The notes: generated by a model from the letters alone, not told the origin. Shown: positions 10,479 to 19,427, numbered from the stretch's first letter. The stretch is 64,000 bases of DNA from an uncultured delta proteobacterium (GCA_963727625.1 CAVSHR010000002.1:32001-96000); one strand, 5' to 3'. Numbers and translations are program-made.

Positions 10479-10952
10479 TTGGAAACCACCGCACCGGAAA
10501 TAAAATTTGCCGCGGATCGGATGCTCGGCAGGCTGGCGAAGTGGCTCCGTGTCCTAGGACAGGATGTCATCTACGGTCAGCATTTGACCGGCTATGGTTT
10601 GATCCGCGCCGCACGGGCCGAATGCCGTTTGATTCTGACTCGCGACCGGCGCTTGAAGCAAAAACAGCCGCCGCCGTTTATTCTTATCGACAGCGATCAC
10701 TATCGCGAGCAAGTGCGCCAGGTGATCGAAACCTGTCAGCTTACGATCGGCGCCGCGATTTTTACCCGTTGCGTCGATTGCAATGCATTATTGCAGCCCA
10801 AGGCCAAAGAAACCGTGGAGACGTTGGTTCCGCCCTACGTTTTTGCCACCCAGGAGACATTTTTCCGGTGCCCGGTCTGCCGAAAGGTTTATTGGCCCGC
10901 CACGCATCATAAAAGAATGCTGGAACAGTTGAAGCAAATGGGCGTCCGGTGA
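10479..10952 (+). CDS. Mut7-C RNase (PIN-like) domain protein with Zn ribbon
   Basis: F.ADRMLGRLAKWLR.LG.D, ILTRD, RCxxCN, CPVC.K.YW...H. Confidence 0.9.
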   Translation: METTAPEIKFAADRMLGRLAKWLRVLGQDVIYGQHLTGYGLIRAARAECRLILTRDRRLKQKQPPPFILIDSDHYREQVRQVIETCQLTIGAAIFTRCVDCNALLQPKAKETVETLVPPYVFATQETFFRCPVCRKVYWPATHHKRMLEQLKQMGVR

Positions 10953-11005
10953 CCTAGAAATTCGCTTTTTTGTGTGTTAAAAACTCAGGCTGTCGTTAAA
11001 TTGTT

Positions 11006-11342
11006 TCCCCGGTAGCTCAGTCGGTAGAGCAGTTGGCTGTAAATATTTAGAGTTGCAGCTTTCCGTCGTGAGGCGGAATGAAAAATCGGGTGAATTCAGG
11101 GGAGCCTAAGGAAGAAGTTCGCTTCTTCGATGGTAATCCTGAGCGAAGCCTGCCGAATGGGGAGTTAGTAGGCAGGAACGTGCAGAGACTAGAGGTTGAG
11201 GACCCCATCCAATAAGACCTCGTCAGCGCCCGACACCCGTCACGAGTTCGTGCTCCGGGTGATGAGATAGTCCAAGCCTGGTAGAAATGCCAGGGCACTT
11301 GTAACCAATTGGTCGGGGGTTCGAGTCCCTCCCGGGGAGCCA
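11006..11342 (+). tRNA. tRNA-Asn(GUU), intron-split: exon1 11006-11040, exon2 11302-11342
   Basis: Joined exons give a 76-nt cloverleaf: acceptor TCCCCGG/CCGGGGA, D-arm GCTC/GAGC, anticodon stem GTTGG/CCAAT with loop CT-GTT-AA, GTTCGAGTC T-arm, G73, encoded CCA. Confidence 0.93.
11041..11301 (+). ncRNA. Group I self-splicing intron (261 nt, no ORF) in the tRNA anticodon at 35/36
   Basis: P1 GCUGU/GCAGC with U-G wobble at the 5' splice site; P4 TTCAGG/CCTGAG; GCAGAGACTA and GAGATAGTCC forming P7 GACTA/TAGTC; terminal G at 11301. Confidence 0.92.
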
Positions 11343-11349
11343 GCTTTTA

Positions 11350-11385
11350 ACTCCGCTTCGGTGATTACTCTCACCGAAGCGGAGT
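11350..11385. other. Perfect 15-bp stem-loop immediately 3' of the tRNA
   Basis: ACTCCGCTTCGGTGA-TTACTC-TCACCGAAGCGGAGT; no U-tract follows. Confidence 0.7.
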
Positions 11386-11433
11386 CCGCCAAGTCAATTC
11401 TGATCATGCGCCAGAGCGGCAGGAGGTCTTCCG

Positions 11434-13659
11434 ATGGCATCTTCGAAACAAATCGTAGGTAATCCAACTCCGAGAGTCGAAGGCGAGCTGAAGGTCAGCG
11501 GCGAGGCGAAATACGCGGTGGACGTGACTCTGCCGGGCATGTCGTGGGGCAAGCTGCTGCGCAGCCCGATCGCCTCAGCAAAGATCAAATCCATCGACAC
11601 AAGCAAGGCGGCGGCTCTGCCGGGTGTGCACGCGATCGTCACCGGGCAGGATTGCGCGGGACTGAAAATCGGCCGGCGACTTTATGACATGCCGATCCTC
11701 GCCGACGGCGAAGTTCGATTCATCGGCGAAAAAGTCGCGGCGGTAGCGGCCGAAAGCGAGGAGATCGCCGAAGAGGCGGTCAATTTGATCGAGGTCGAAT
11801 ACGAAGAAACCGAGCCGTTGCTTGATCCCGTCGAAGCGCTCAAGCCGGGGGCGAAGCTTCTCCATCCCGATGTCATGAACTACAAGGGTTTGCCCAAACC
11901 GCTCAAGGAGCCGACCAACGATTTTGTCTACGTCACCTGGGGCAAGGGCGATGTCGAGGCCGGCTTCCGCCAAGCGGATGTGATCGTCGAAAATACTTTC
12001 ACCACGCCGGTCGTGCATCAGAGCTACATCGAGCCGCATTCCTGCGTGGTTAGCGCGGCGGCCGACGGCTCGGCGGAGTTTTGGTCGTGCAGCAAGGTGC
12101 CCTATGGTGTCCGCGATCAAGTCGCCAACGCGCTCCAGCTGCCGCAGGAAAAGCTCAACTTCAATCCCGTGTATATCGGCGGCGACTTCGGCGGTAAGGG
12201 CGATTTCATGGATCTCGCCGTAGTTTATCTGCTGTCCAAGAAAGCCGGACGGCCGGTAAAATTAGTGATGGATTACGAAGAAGAGTTTGTCGCGGGCAAT
12301 CCGCGCCACGCTTCGATTATCCACGTCAAAACCGGTGTAAAGAAAGACGGTACGCTGGTGGCACACCGGATGAGCTTCATTTTCGACAGTGGCGCCTACG
12401 GCGCGTTCAAGCCCAACGCTTTTCTCAACGGCCCGCACCTGTCCGCCGGGCCATACAAGATTCCTTACGTATTCATCGAAGAGCATATGGTTTACACCAA
12501 TAAGATTCCCTGCGGCCATATGCGCTCGCCGGGCGATCCCCAAGGCTTTTTTGCCAACGAGAGCCAGATGGACATGATCGCGAAACGGTTGGGCATGGAT
12601 CCGATCAAGCTGCGCCAGAAAAATTTCATGCACGACGGCGACATCGATCCGACCGGTGAGGAGTACAGCTATATTAAAACCGACGAGACTCTTAAAAAGG
12701 CGCTGGGCGATTCCGGCTACGAAAAACCCAAGGCGAAAAACGTTGGGCGCGGTGTCGCGTTGGTCCAGTGGACGCCCGCCGGGGGCATCGGAACGGTGGC
12801 GATCTCGCTCGATGAAAAAGGCGAGGCGACGATTTCTTCCGCCATGGCCGATCAAGGGGCGGGCACTTACACGGTGCTCAGCGAAATCGTCGCCGAGGAA
12901 CTTAAAATTCCTTTAAGCCAGATCAAAATTCACCAACTCGACACGCAGAAAGGCGTGAAAGACACCGGCGTCGGCGGCAGCCGGGCGACGCGGGTCTACG
13001 GTAATGCCGGTTACGCTGCGGCACTGAAGGCTGTCGATGCGATCAAGCAGGCGGCGGCGAGCCAAATGGGCGTGGCGGCGGATCAAATCACGCTCGCCAA
13101 GGGTGGGGCGCTGCACCCGCGTATGGAGCGGCGCTTGACCTATGGCGAGATCGTCAAAGCCAACGGTGGGCCGATCCGGGTGGATGCGACATTTAATGAT
13201 ACTTCCAAGATTCACGCGGCGTCCATGTGCGTCCAGGTGGCGGAAGTGGAAGTCGATCCGCAAACCGGACAGGTCGAGCTCAAGAAATTCACCTCGACGC
13301 ACAACACCGGCACGGTGCTTAACCCGCTGATGCATCAGGGGCAGATCGAAGGCGCCAGCATGACCGGCATCGGCTATACGCTGATGGAAGAGGTCGTCAT
13401 TAGCGACGGTAAAGTCGCCACGACTCACTTCGGCGAGTACAAGATCCCGACGATCAAGGACGTTCCGATGTTTAAGGGTTCCGTTACGGAAGAGCCGCAG
13501 GGCGCGGGCCCTTATGACAGCATGCCGATCGGCGAGACCGGCAATATTCCCACGGCGGCGGCCATCGCCAATGCGGTGGAGGACGCCTGCGGCGTGCGGA
13601 TCAAGAGCCTGCCGATCACGGCGGAAAAGATTTACCAAGCGCTGCACGGCGCCAAGTGA
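11434..13659 (+). CDS. Xanthine dehydrogenase/CoxL family molybdopterin-binding subunit
   Basis: GGDFGGK, MRSPG, DQGAG, QGQIEG, IGETG motifs; GGAGG RBS. Confidence 0.92.
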   Translation: MASSKQIVGNPTPRVEGELKVSGEAKYAVDVTLPGMSWGKLLRSPIASAKIKSIDTSKAAALPGVHAIVTGQDCAGLKIGRRLYDMPILADGEVRFIGEKVAAVAAESEEIAEEAVNLIEVEYEETEPLLDPVEALKPGAKLLHPDVMNYKGLPKPLKEPTNDFVYVTWGKGDVEAGFRQADVIVENTFTTPVVHQSYIEPHSCVVSAAADGSAEFWSCSKVPYGVRDQVANALQLPQEKLNFNPVYIGGDFGGKGDFMDLAVVYLLSKKAGRPVKLVMDYEEEFVAGNPRHASIIHVKTGVKKDGTLVAHRMSFIFDSGAYGAFKPNAFLNGPHLSAGPYKIPYVFIEEHMVYTNKIPCGHMRSPGDPQGFFANESQMDMIAKRLGMDPIKLRQKNFMHDGDIDPTGEEYSYIKTDETLKKALGDSGYEKPKAKNVGRGVALVQWTPAGGIGTVAISLDEKGEATISSAMADQGAGTYTVLSEIVAEELKIPLSQIKIHQLDTQKGVKDTGVGGSRATRVYGNAGYAAALKAVDAIKQAAASQMGVAADQITLAKGGALHPRMERRLTYGEIVKANGGPIRVDATFNDTSKIHAASMCVQVAEVEVDPQTGQVELKKFTSTHNTGTVLNPLMHQGQIEGASMTGIGYTLMEEVVISDGKVATTHFGEYKIPTIKDVPMFKGSVTEEPQGAGPYDSMPIGETGNIPTAAAIANAVEDACGVRIKSLPITAEKIYQALHGAK

Positions 13660-13662
13660 TGC

Positions 13663-14211
13663 ATGTCCACGGTTCCGGGAACCATCGATCTCGGAAAGTT
13701 TCGGGTCGTTTATGAAGAAGAGCGGCAGCGGCCGTCCGACGGCACGGACGGCTACCTGTTGCAGCAGCGCGCGATCATTCGTTTAAACGAAGCGTTGGTG
13801 AAACTCGAGCAGGCCGAAGACTACACGGTTTACTGCGACGACGAGAGCTTCAAAAAGCGGGCGGGCAAACGGCCTTCGCCTTTGCAGTACTTCATCGCGT
13901 CCATCGGCTTTTGCATGTTCAGCCAGTTCAAGCGATTGGCAGCCAAATCGGAGGTCGGGTTGGAGGACCTCGAGATGGATCTGCGCATGACCTACGACTT
14001 GAGCGGCAAGTTCCCGATCAAAGATTTTTCCGACGCGGCCCAAGGGATCAGCTATGTTTTCAAAATTGCAAGCCAGTCGCCGCTCGATAAAGTCATCAAG
14101 GTGGCGCAAGCCGCCGACAAGGGCTGCCACACGGTCAATTCCATGCGCAAGCGCATGCCGGTGGCCGGGAAAATCATACTGAACGATCGGGAGTACGCGA
14201 TCGTCGATTGA
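13663..14211 (+). CDS. OsmC/Ohr-like protein
   Basis: DDE..., PSPLQYFIASIGFC and second Cys in KGCH, matching the OsmC two-Cys pattern. Confidence 0.75.
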   Translation: MSTVPGTIDLGKFRVVYEEERQRPSDGTDGYLLQQRAIIRLNEALVKLEQAEDYTVYCDDESFKKRAGKRPSPLQYFIASIGFCMFSQFKRLAAKSEVGLEDLEMDLRMTYDLSGKFPIKDFSDAAQGISYVFKIASQSPLDKVIKVAQAADKGCHTVNSMRKRMPVAGKIILNDREYAIVD

Positions 14212-14267
14212 AGAAACGTGCACGGCACGCCGCGCCGCAGTAAATTCAATTCAGGAGCAAACCAGGA

Positions 14268-14822
14268 ATGTCCAAATTGGCAGTTGGCGATCAGTTCCCC
14301 ACAGCGACAGTCGATGACATCGATGGCGTCGCAGTCGATTTTCCCGCCATTTTCACCAGAGCGCCGTCGACGGTGATTTTCTTCTATCGTGGCCGCTGGT
14401 GACCCTGGTGCCGGGCCCAGGTGACGGCCTTTGTCTACGAATGGGAAAGATACCTCGAAGGAAAAGTGCAAATCCTCGGCGTCAGCGTCGAGCCTCCTAA
14501 AGAAGGCAAGAAGCTTCTCGAGCGCGTCACCCGCGACTGCCGGGAAGACCGGCCGCATATTCCGCTGGACCCCTATCCGGTGCGACTCCTCACCGACCCC
14601 GACGCGAAATTGATTCGCGCCGTCGGCGCCGAAAACGAAGGCCACTGGGCTGGTACAATCGCAGCCCCGGTGACCTACGTCGTCGATCCTTCCGGCAAAG
14701 TGAAGTGGGCCTACGTGAGCGAAAGCGCCTCGGATCGCCCGAGCCCGGTGGCGCTCGCCAAGGCTGCGGTGTCGGTGGCCTCCGGCAAGGAGCCGCCGGA
14801 AAACTATCCAGGAAAATTCTAG
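14268..14822 (+). CDS. Peroxiredoxin-like (AhpC/TSA, redoxin) selenoprotein; Sec at TGA 14400-14402
   Basis: ATG 14268 reads MSKLAVGDQFP...IFFYRGRW-TGA-PWC (UxxC) in frame with ORF 14421-14822 (ILGVSVE, LLTDPD, TYVVD..GKV). Confidence 0.85.
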
Positions 14823-14943
14823 TTAGCCGCTGCTTCTTTTCCGGCTCGACTCATTTCTCCGCCTGAAAACCTTTTCGGGGCTTGTTACCGCTTTTTTTCT
14901 CACATAAGATCGCGCCTGAAATTGCTTTAGGAGCGCTCGCAAA

Positions 14944-15396
14944 ATGATTTTGGACGGTAAGATCGATCTCGATGTGCCGGCGGAGAAGGCTTGGAACTTT
15001 TTGATCGACATCAATAAGTTTTCCACCTGTCTGCCGGGTATCGACGAGGTCAAGCAGATCGACGACAAGACCTTCGACGGGATTATCTCAGCCAATGTCG
15101 GGCCGATCTCCGGGAAGTTCAATTTTCGCTCGACGATTGTCGAAAGCCGGCCGCCGGAACAGATGGTGGTGCGCACGGAGGGGACGGACACGGTGACGAA
15201 AAGCACCGTGAACGCCGATATGACGGTGGATCTGCGCCGGGTATCGGAGACCCAATCGCAGATGGATTACAAGGCCGACGTGAAGATCAAAGGACGGCTG
15301 GGGATCCTCGGCGACATGGTGTTGCGCGCGACGGCGACTTTGATTCTTCAGGAATTCACCAAGCGGCTGCATAAAGGACTTGCTGAGCCGGAGTAA
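14944..15396 (+). CDS. CoxG/SRPBCC family protein
   Basis: W.FL.D.....CLPG, VGPISGKF, ADVKIKGRLG.LG; near the Mo-hydroxylase gene. Confidence 0.85.
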   Translation: MILDGKIDLDVPAEKAWNFLIDINKFSTCLPGIDEVKQIDDKTFDGIISANVGPISGKFNFRSTIVESRPPEQMVVRTEGTDTVTKSTVNADMTVDLRRVSETQSQMDYKADVKIKGRLGILGDMVLRATATLILQEFTKRLHKGLAEPE

Positions 15397-15409
15397 AAAT
15401 TGGAATTTA

Positions 15410-15497
15410 TCCCGCAAAGGCGCCAAGACGCTAAGTATAATCGGAATTTGGGATTGAATTGTTTCCCGAACTTTGCGACTTTGCGCCTTGGCGGGGA
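15410..15497. repeat. Palindromic intergenic element of the CGCAAAG/CGCCAAG family
   Basis: CCCGCAAAGGCGCCAAGACGCTAAG ... CTTTGCGACTTTGCGCCTTGGCGGG. Confidence 0.65.
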
Positions 15498-15532
15498 AAC
15501 ATCTTGAATGAGTATTGTCGCAGGAGCTTTTC

Positions 15533-17053
15533 ATGGCAGACGAAAAGTATGACGTGATCATCGTGGGTGGCGGGTCGGCAGGCTGCGTGGCGGCGACGCG
15601 GCTTACGGAAGACCCGAACCGCAGAGTGTTGCTTCTCGAAGCCGGTCCTGACCCGCAGCCGTTGCCGGAGCTGGTCGCCGACGCCTCGAAACAAACCCGA
15701 CTCCTTTTGGAGTCCGACTTTGTCGCCATGTATCCAACCCAGCGCCACCTCGACGGCAGCACCTATTACGCGTTGGCCGGGCGGATCATGGGCGGCGGCT
15801 CGTCGGTCAACGTCATGTCGGTGCTGCGGCCGCAGCGCTACGATTTGGATCAATGGGTTGCGGCGGGCAACCCGGACTGGACCTATGAGCGCTGCTTACC
15901 CTTCATGAAAAAAATCGAGTCGGACCAGGATTTTCCCGACAGTCCGATTCACGGCAAAGACGGGCCGCTGTACGTGAAGCGAAATTTTACCCTCGACATG
16001 GAGGGTGACGCGGCTCCGCCGGTCAAAGCGTTTCTCAACGCGGCCTACGCCATGGGATTGCCGCGCTGTCCTGATCTCAACGTGCCGGAACCCTATGGCG
16101 TGTGCGCCTCGCCGTATAACATCAAGGACGGCAAGCGGCAGTCCACTGTGATCGCCTATCTCAACCAAGCGCGCGGCCGCAAGAATTTGACGATTGTGGA
16201 TCAGGCGCAGGTTCTTTCGCTCAAGCTCTCGGGAAAAAAGGTGGAGGGGGTCAACTACGAGCGCGACGGCGCGACGCACCAAGTGCTGGGCGGCCAGATC
16301 CTCGTGACCTCCGGCGTGTACGGGTCGCCGCAAGTTCTCATGCTGTCCGGCATCGGCCCATCGGCGGAGCTCAAGAAGCATGGCATTTCCGTGGTGCACG
16401 AGCTCATCGGCATCGGCGAAAACTATCAGGACCATCCCGTTGTGTTTATGACCTACGAGGGCCCGAAGGAATCGAAAGTCGACTGGGTGGTGCCGCGATT
16501 CCGCCTGATCATTCGCAAAAACGCGATCAGCGAGGCGGCGAATTTTCACATCAACATGCGGCCGCCGACGGAAGTCACCGGCCTCAAGCGCATGATGCCG
16601 ATCTCGACCCATCTGCTCGAACAGCGCAACCGCGGCCGGGTTTTTCTCCAAAGCGCCGATCCGCACGATCAGCTCGGCATCGATTCCTGCATGCTCGAAC
16701 ACCCCGAAGACTTGAAGGCGATGGTGGAATCCATGCAGTTCATCGACGAGCTGGTGCGCCAGCCGCAAATCAAGGAATACTACGGCCCGATGATTCAGCC
16801 GGGCCCGGGCGAAGATTGGGGGGCATTTGCGCGCAAGACCTACGATAGCTATCACCACGGCGTCGGCACCTGCAAAATGGGGCCGGCGTCGGACCCTAAG
16901 GCGGTGGTGGACCAGAGACTGCGCGTCCATGGCATGCAAAACCTCTGGGTCGGCGATGCGTCGATCATGCCGGTGGTGAGCCGGGCCAATACCAACTTGA
17001 CGTCGATCATGATCGGCGAGCGGTTGGCGGATTTCGTCCAGGAGGTCGCGTAG
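15533..17053 (+). CDS. GMC family (choline dehydrogenase-like) oxidoreductase
   Basis: GGGSAG FAD motif, GGGSSVN, SPQVLMLSGIG, HGVGTCKMG, NTN. Confidence 0.92.
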   Translation: MADEKYDVIIVGGGSAGCVAATRLTEDPNRRVLLLEAGPDPQPLPELVADASKQTRLLLESDFVAMYPTQRHLDGSTYYALAGRIMGGGSSVNVMSVLRPQRYDLDQWVAAGNPDWTYERCLPFMKKIESDQDFPDSPIHGKDGPLYVKRNFTLDMEGDAAPPVKAFLNAAYAMGLPRCPDLNVPEPYGVCASPYNIKDGKRQSTVIAYLNQARGRKNLTIVDQAQVLSLKLSGKKVEGVNYERDGATHQVLGGQILVTSGVYGSPQVLMLSGIGPSAELKKHGISVVHELIGIGENYQDHPVVFMTYEGPKESKVDWVVPRFRLIIRKNAISEAANFHINMRPPTEVTGLKRMMPISTHLLEQRNRGRVFLQSADPHDQLGIDSCMLEHPEDLKAMVESMQFIDELVRQPQIKEYYGPMIQPGPGEDWGAFARKTYDSYHHGVGTCKMGPASDPKAVVDQRLRVHGMQNLWVGDASIMPVVSRANTNLTSIMIGERLADFVQEVA

Positions 17054-17077
17054 GGGCAATTCATGAATTGCCCCTAC
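17050..17077. repeat. GTAG-type REP palindrome (28 bp, perfect)
   Basis: GTAGGGGCAATTCA|TGAATTGCCCCTAC; contains the TAG stop of the GMC gene. Confidence 0.8.
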
Positions 17078-17100
17078 CTTATTTTTGTACCGGAGGAGAC

Positions 17101-17610
17101 ATGCCCGAATACCCGTTAACGGCTGCGGCGATTAAAGCCGAGTTCAAGCGCGCCGGCATTCACTTCGTCGTGGCGTTGCCGGACCGCGTGACCAGCCACC
17201 ATCTGCTCAAAGGCCTGCTTGCCGACCCGGACTATCACGTCGTGCAGGTGTGCAAAGAGGACGAAGGCATATCGATCTGCAGCGGACTATATGCCGCCGG
17301 CCACAAGTCGGTGTTCATGATGCAATACACGGGGTTTTTGGACTCGATCAATGCCATACGCGGCGTCGCCGTCGAAGGCCATTTCCCGGTTTGCATGGTG
17401 GTCGGCTTGTTGGGCAAAGAGCCGGACGTCGCGCCCAGCAGCTCAAAAAAATACGGCGTTAAGATCATCGAGCCGATCCTCGACGTGATGGGCATCGGCC
17501 ATTGCCTGATCGAACGCGACGCGGACACGGGAAAGATCACTGCGGCGATCGAGAAGTCGTTCAAAGAGTCCTTGCCCTCGGCGATTCTGATCGGAAGGGA
17601 GCCACGCTGA
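17101..17610 (+). CDS. Sulfopyruvate/phosphonopyruvate decarboxylase alpha-subunit-like (TPP Pyr domain)
   Basis: GGAGG RBS before ATG 17101; LPD, KEDEG..IC.G, MQYTG. Confidence 0.8.
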   Translation: MPEYPLTAAAIKAEFKRAGIHFVVALPDRVTSHHLLKGLLADPDYHVVQVCKEDEGISICSGLYAAGHKSVFMMQYTGFLDSINAIRGVAVEGHFPVCMVVGLLGKEPDVAPSSSKKYGVKIIEPILDVMGIGHCLIERDADTGKITAAIEKSFKESLPSAILIGREPR

Positions 17611-17612
17611 CC

Positions 17613-18179
17613 ATGATGAAACGGGATGAGATGCTGAAAGCGTTCGTGCGCCAGCGCAAAGACGAAATCGTTGTCGCGGTGTACACGGCGGCGCAAGAGA
17701 TTACGCATATCCAGCCGAACGATTTGAATTACACGTTTGTCGGCGCGATGGGGCAGGGATCGTCGCACGCGCTGGGCCTGGCGTTGGGCCGGCCCGACAA
17801 AAAAGTCGTCGTGTTCGACGGCGACGGCAGCTTGCTGATGAATCTCGGCAGCCTGGTGACCATCGCCAATCAGGCGCCGAAGAATTATATCCACTGCCTG
17901 TGCGAAAACGGCTGCTACGAAACCAACGGGTCGGTTCCGACGCCCCGTTCCGGCCAGATTCGCTTCGCTGAACTCGCCAAGACCGCCGGCTATCGAAAGA
18001 CTTATGAAATATCCGATCTGGCCGAATGGGAGCGCGAGTTGCCCAATATTCTCAAGACCGAAGGGCCGGTCTTCGTGACACTCAAGGTCGAACCGGGCGA
18101 AGCTTATCCGGAAAATTTTCCGCGCCTCTACAGCATCGAGCATCGAGAAAAGTTTCGCCAGAAGCTGGCAAATAGTTGA
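17613..18179 (+). CDS. Sulfopyruvate/phosphonopyruvate decarboxylase beta-subunit-like (TPP PP domain)
   Basis: GAMG, DGDGSLLMNLG...ENG TPP motif. Confidence 0.85.
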   Translation: MMKRDEMLKAFVRQRKDEIVVAVYTAAQEITHIQPNDLNYTFVGAMGQGSSHALGLALGRPDKKVVVFDGDGSLLMNLGSLVTIANQAPKNYIHCLCENGCYETNGSVPTPRSGQIRFAELAKTAGYRKTYEISDLAEWERELPNILKTEGPVFVTLKVEPGEAYPENFPRLYSIEHREKFRQKLANS

Positions 18180-18300
18180 TCGTTGGTTTTGAATTGACGA
18201 GCCGAACCGAAAGCCGCTCTAAGACCAAGCTTCCGAGCGCGGCACGCCGGTCGATCTCGATTTTCGATGACCGAGGTTCGATACCGGACGCCCGCGCTTG

Positions 18301-19164
18301 ATGTCGCCGCAATTTTTCGCTCTCATCACCGCCATTTGTTACGCCTCGGCGCTAGTCTCATCACGCCGCGGACTTCAGTATTCCACCCCGGATACGGTGA
18401 CCTGCGTATCCATCGTGGTGCAAAACGTTTTGCTCTGGTCGGCGGTTTTCTCGACCGGCGGTATACCGCCATTGTCCGGGGTTGCGCTGGGGATCTTCTG
18501 CATCGTCGGTACCTTTCAAATGGGCGTGCGCCTGTTCGCTTACACCGGGGTGCTCAAGATCGGCGCGTCGCGCAGCAGCTCGCTGCAGTCGATCAGCCCG
18601 CTGATTGCCGCGACGATTGCAATCACGATTCTCAAAGAGCCGGCGAGCACGTTGATCATCGCCGGCACGGTGCTGGTCGTGTGCGGCATCGTTTTAGTGT
18701 CGTGGAAAGCGGAGCGCGAGCTGCCGAGCTTTCGTTGGTGGCATTTGCTCCTGCCGGTGGGCGCCGCTTGCCTGACCGGCGTCAATCATCCGCTGCGGCG
18801 CTACGCATTCAGTCTCTCCAACGAGCCGCTATTTTTTTCGGCGTTCATGGGTCTGGTGTCGCTCGTGGGATTTCTCATTTACCGCTCGGTCTCGCCGCAA
18901 AAGCAGCGATTGGACTGGAGCGCTGGCGCGCGATGGCCGTTTTTGTGGACGGGAGTTTCCGAGACCTTGTCGATCTTATTCATTATGACCTCTTTGAGCT
19001 TGGGGCGCGTCGTCCTGGTTGCGCCGATTGCCGCGACATATCCTGTATGGGCCCTGATCGGCGCCAAGATGTTTTTACGTGACGTGGAAAAAATAAGCTC
19101 GAGAACCGTGCTCGGTATTCTCAGTGTTGTCGCCGGGACGATCGCCATTCACCTGGGGAGATAA
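18301..19164 (+). CDS. EamA/DMT family transporter
   Basis: About 10 TM segments in two repeats; IGASRSS, ILKE. Confidence 0.85.
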   Translation: MSPQFFALITAICYASALVSSRRGLQYSTPDTVTCVSIVVQNVLLWSAVFSTGGIPPLSGVALGIFCIVGTFQMGVRLFAYTGVLKIGASRSSSLQSISPLIAATIAITILKEPASTLIIAGTVLVVCGIVLVSWKAERELPSFRWWHLLLPVGAACLTGVNHPLRRYAFSLSNEPLFFSAFMGLVSLVGFLIYRSVSPQKQRLDWSAGARWPFLWTGVSETLSILFIMTSLSLGRVVLVAPIAATYPVWALIGAKMFLRDVEKISSRTVLGILSVVAGTIAIHLGR

Positions 19165-19182
19165 GCAACTGCAAAAAACGCA

Positions 19183-19356
19183 GCGCGGCACAGCCGCAGC
19201 CGAATCTCGGAGTACCTCCCGCAAAGACGCAAAGGCCGCAAAGGAAAACGGATTGTCATTTCGACCTAGGAAAGAAATCTTTCTTAGATCCCTCGCATTC
19301 GCTCGGGATGACACGCCTCGGGGTTTCACTCGGCGACTTTGCGGGCCTTGGCGAGC
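19183..19356. repeat. Composite palindromic intergenic element
   Basis: CGCAAAGACGCAAAGGCCGCAAAG...CTTTGCGGGCCTTGGCG enclosing GTCAT...AGATCCCTCGC...GATGAC; 19183-19225 resembles the reverse complement of 50789-50831. Confidence 0.65.
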
Positions 19357-19427
19357 GTACATGCTTCTGCTCAATCCGCTTGTCATGATAAATTGCCTCG
19401 CATAAGATTCGAGCCGGAGGTGATGCC

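Noticed and set aside
11047-11298. 83-aa minus-strand ORF inside the intron as a homing endonuclease
   Set aside because: It is antisense, short, lacks LAGLIDADG, HNH and GIY-YIG motifs, and overlaps the ribozyme core.
11006-11342. Reading the gene as tRNA-Tyr(GTA)
   Set aside because: That register gives a 6-nt loop and an intron not ending in G; there is no long variable arm; U1-A72 and G73 fit Asn.
11302-11434. tRNA as the attachment site of an integrated island
   Set aside because: No integrase seen and no duplicate of the tRNA 3' end noticed in the window.
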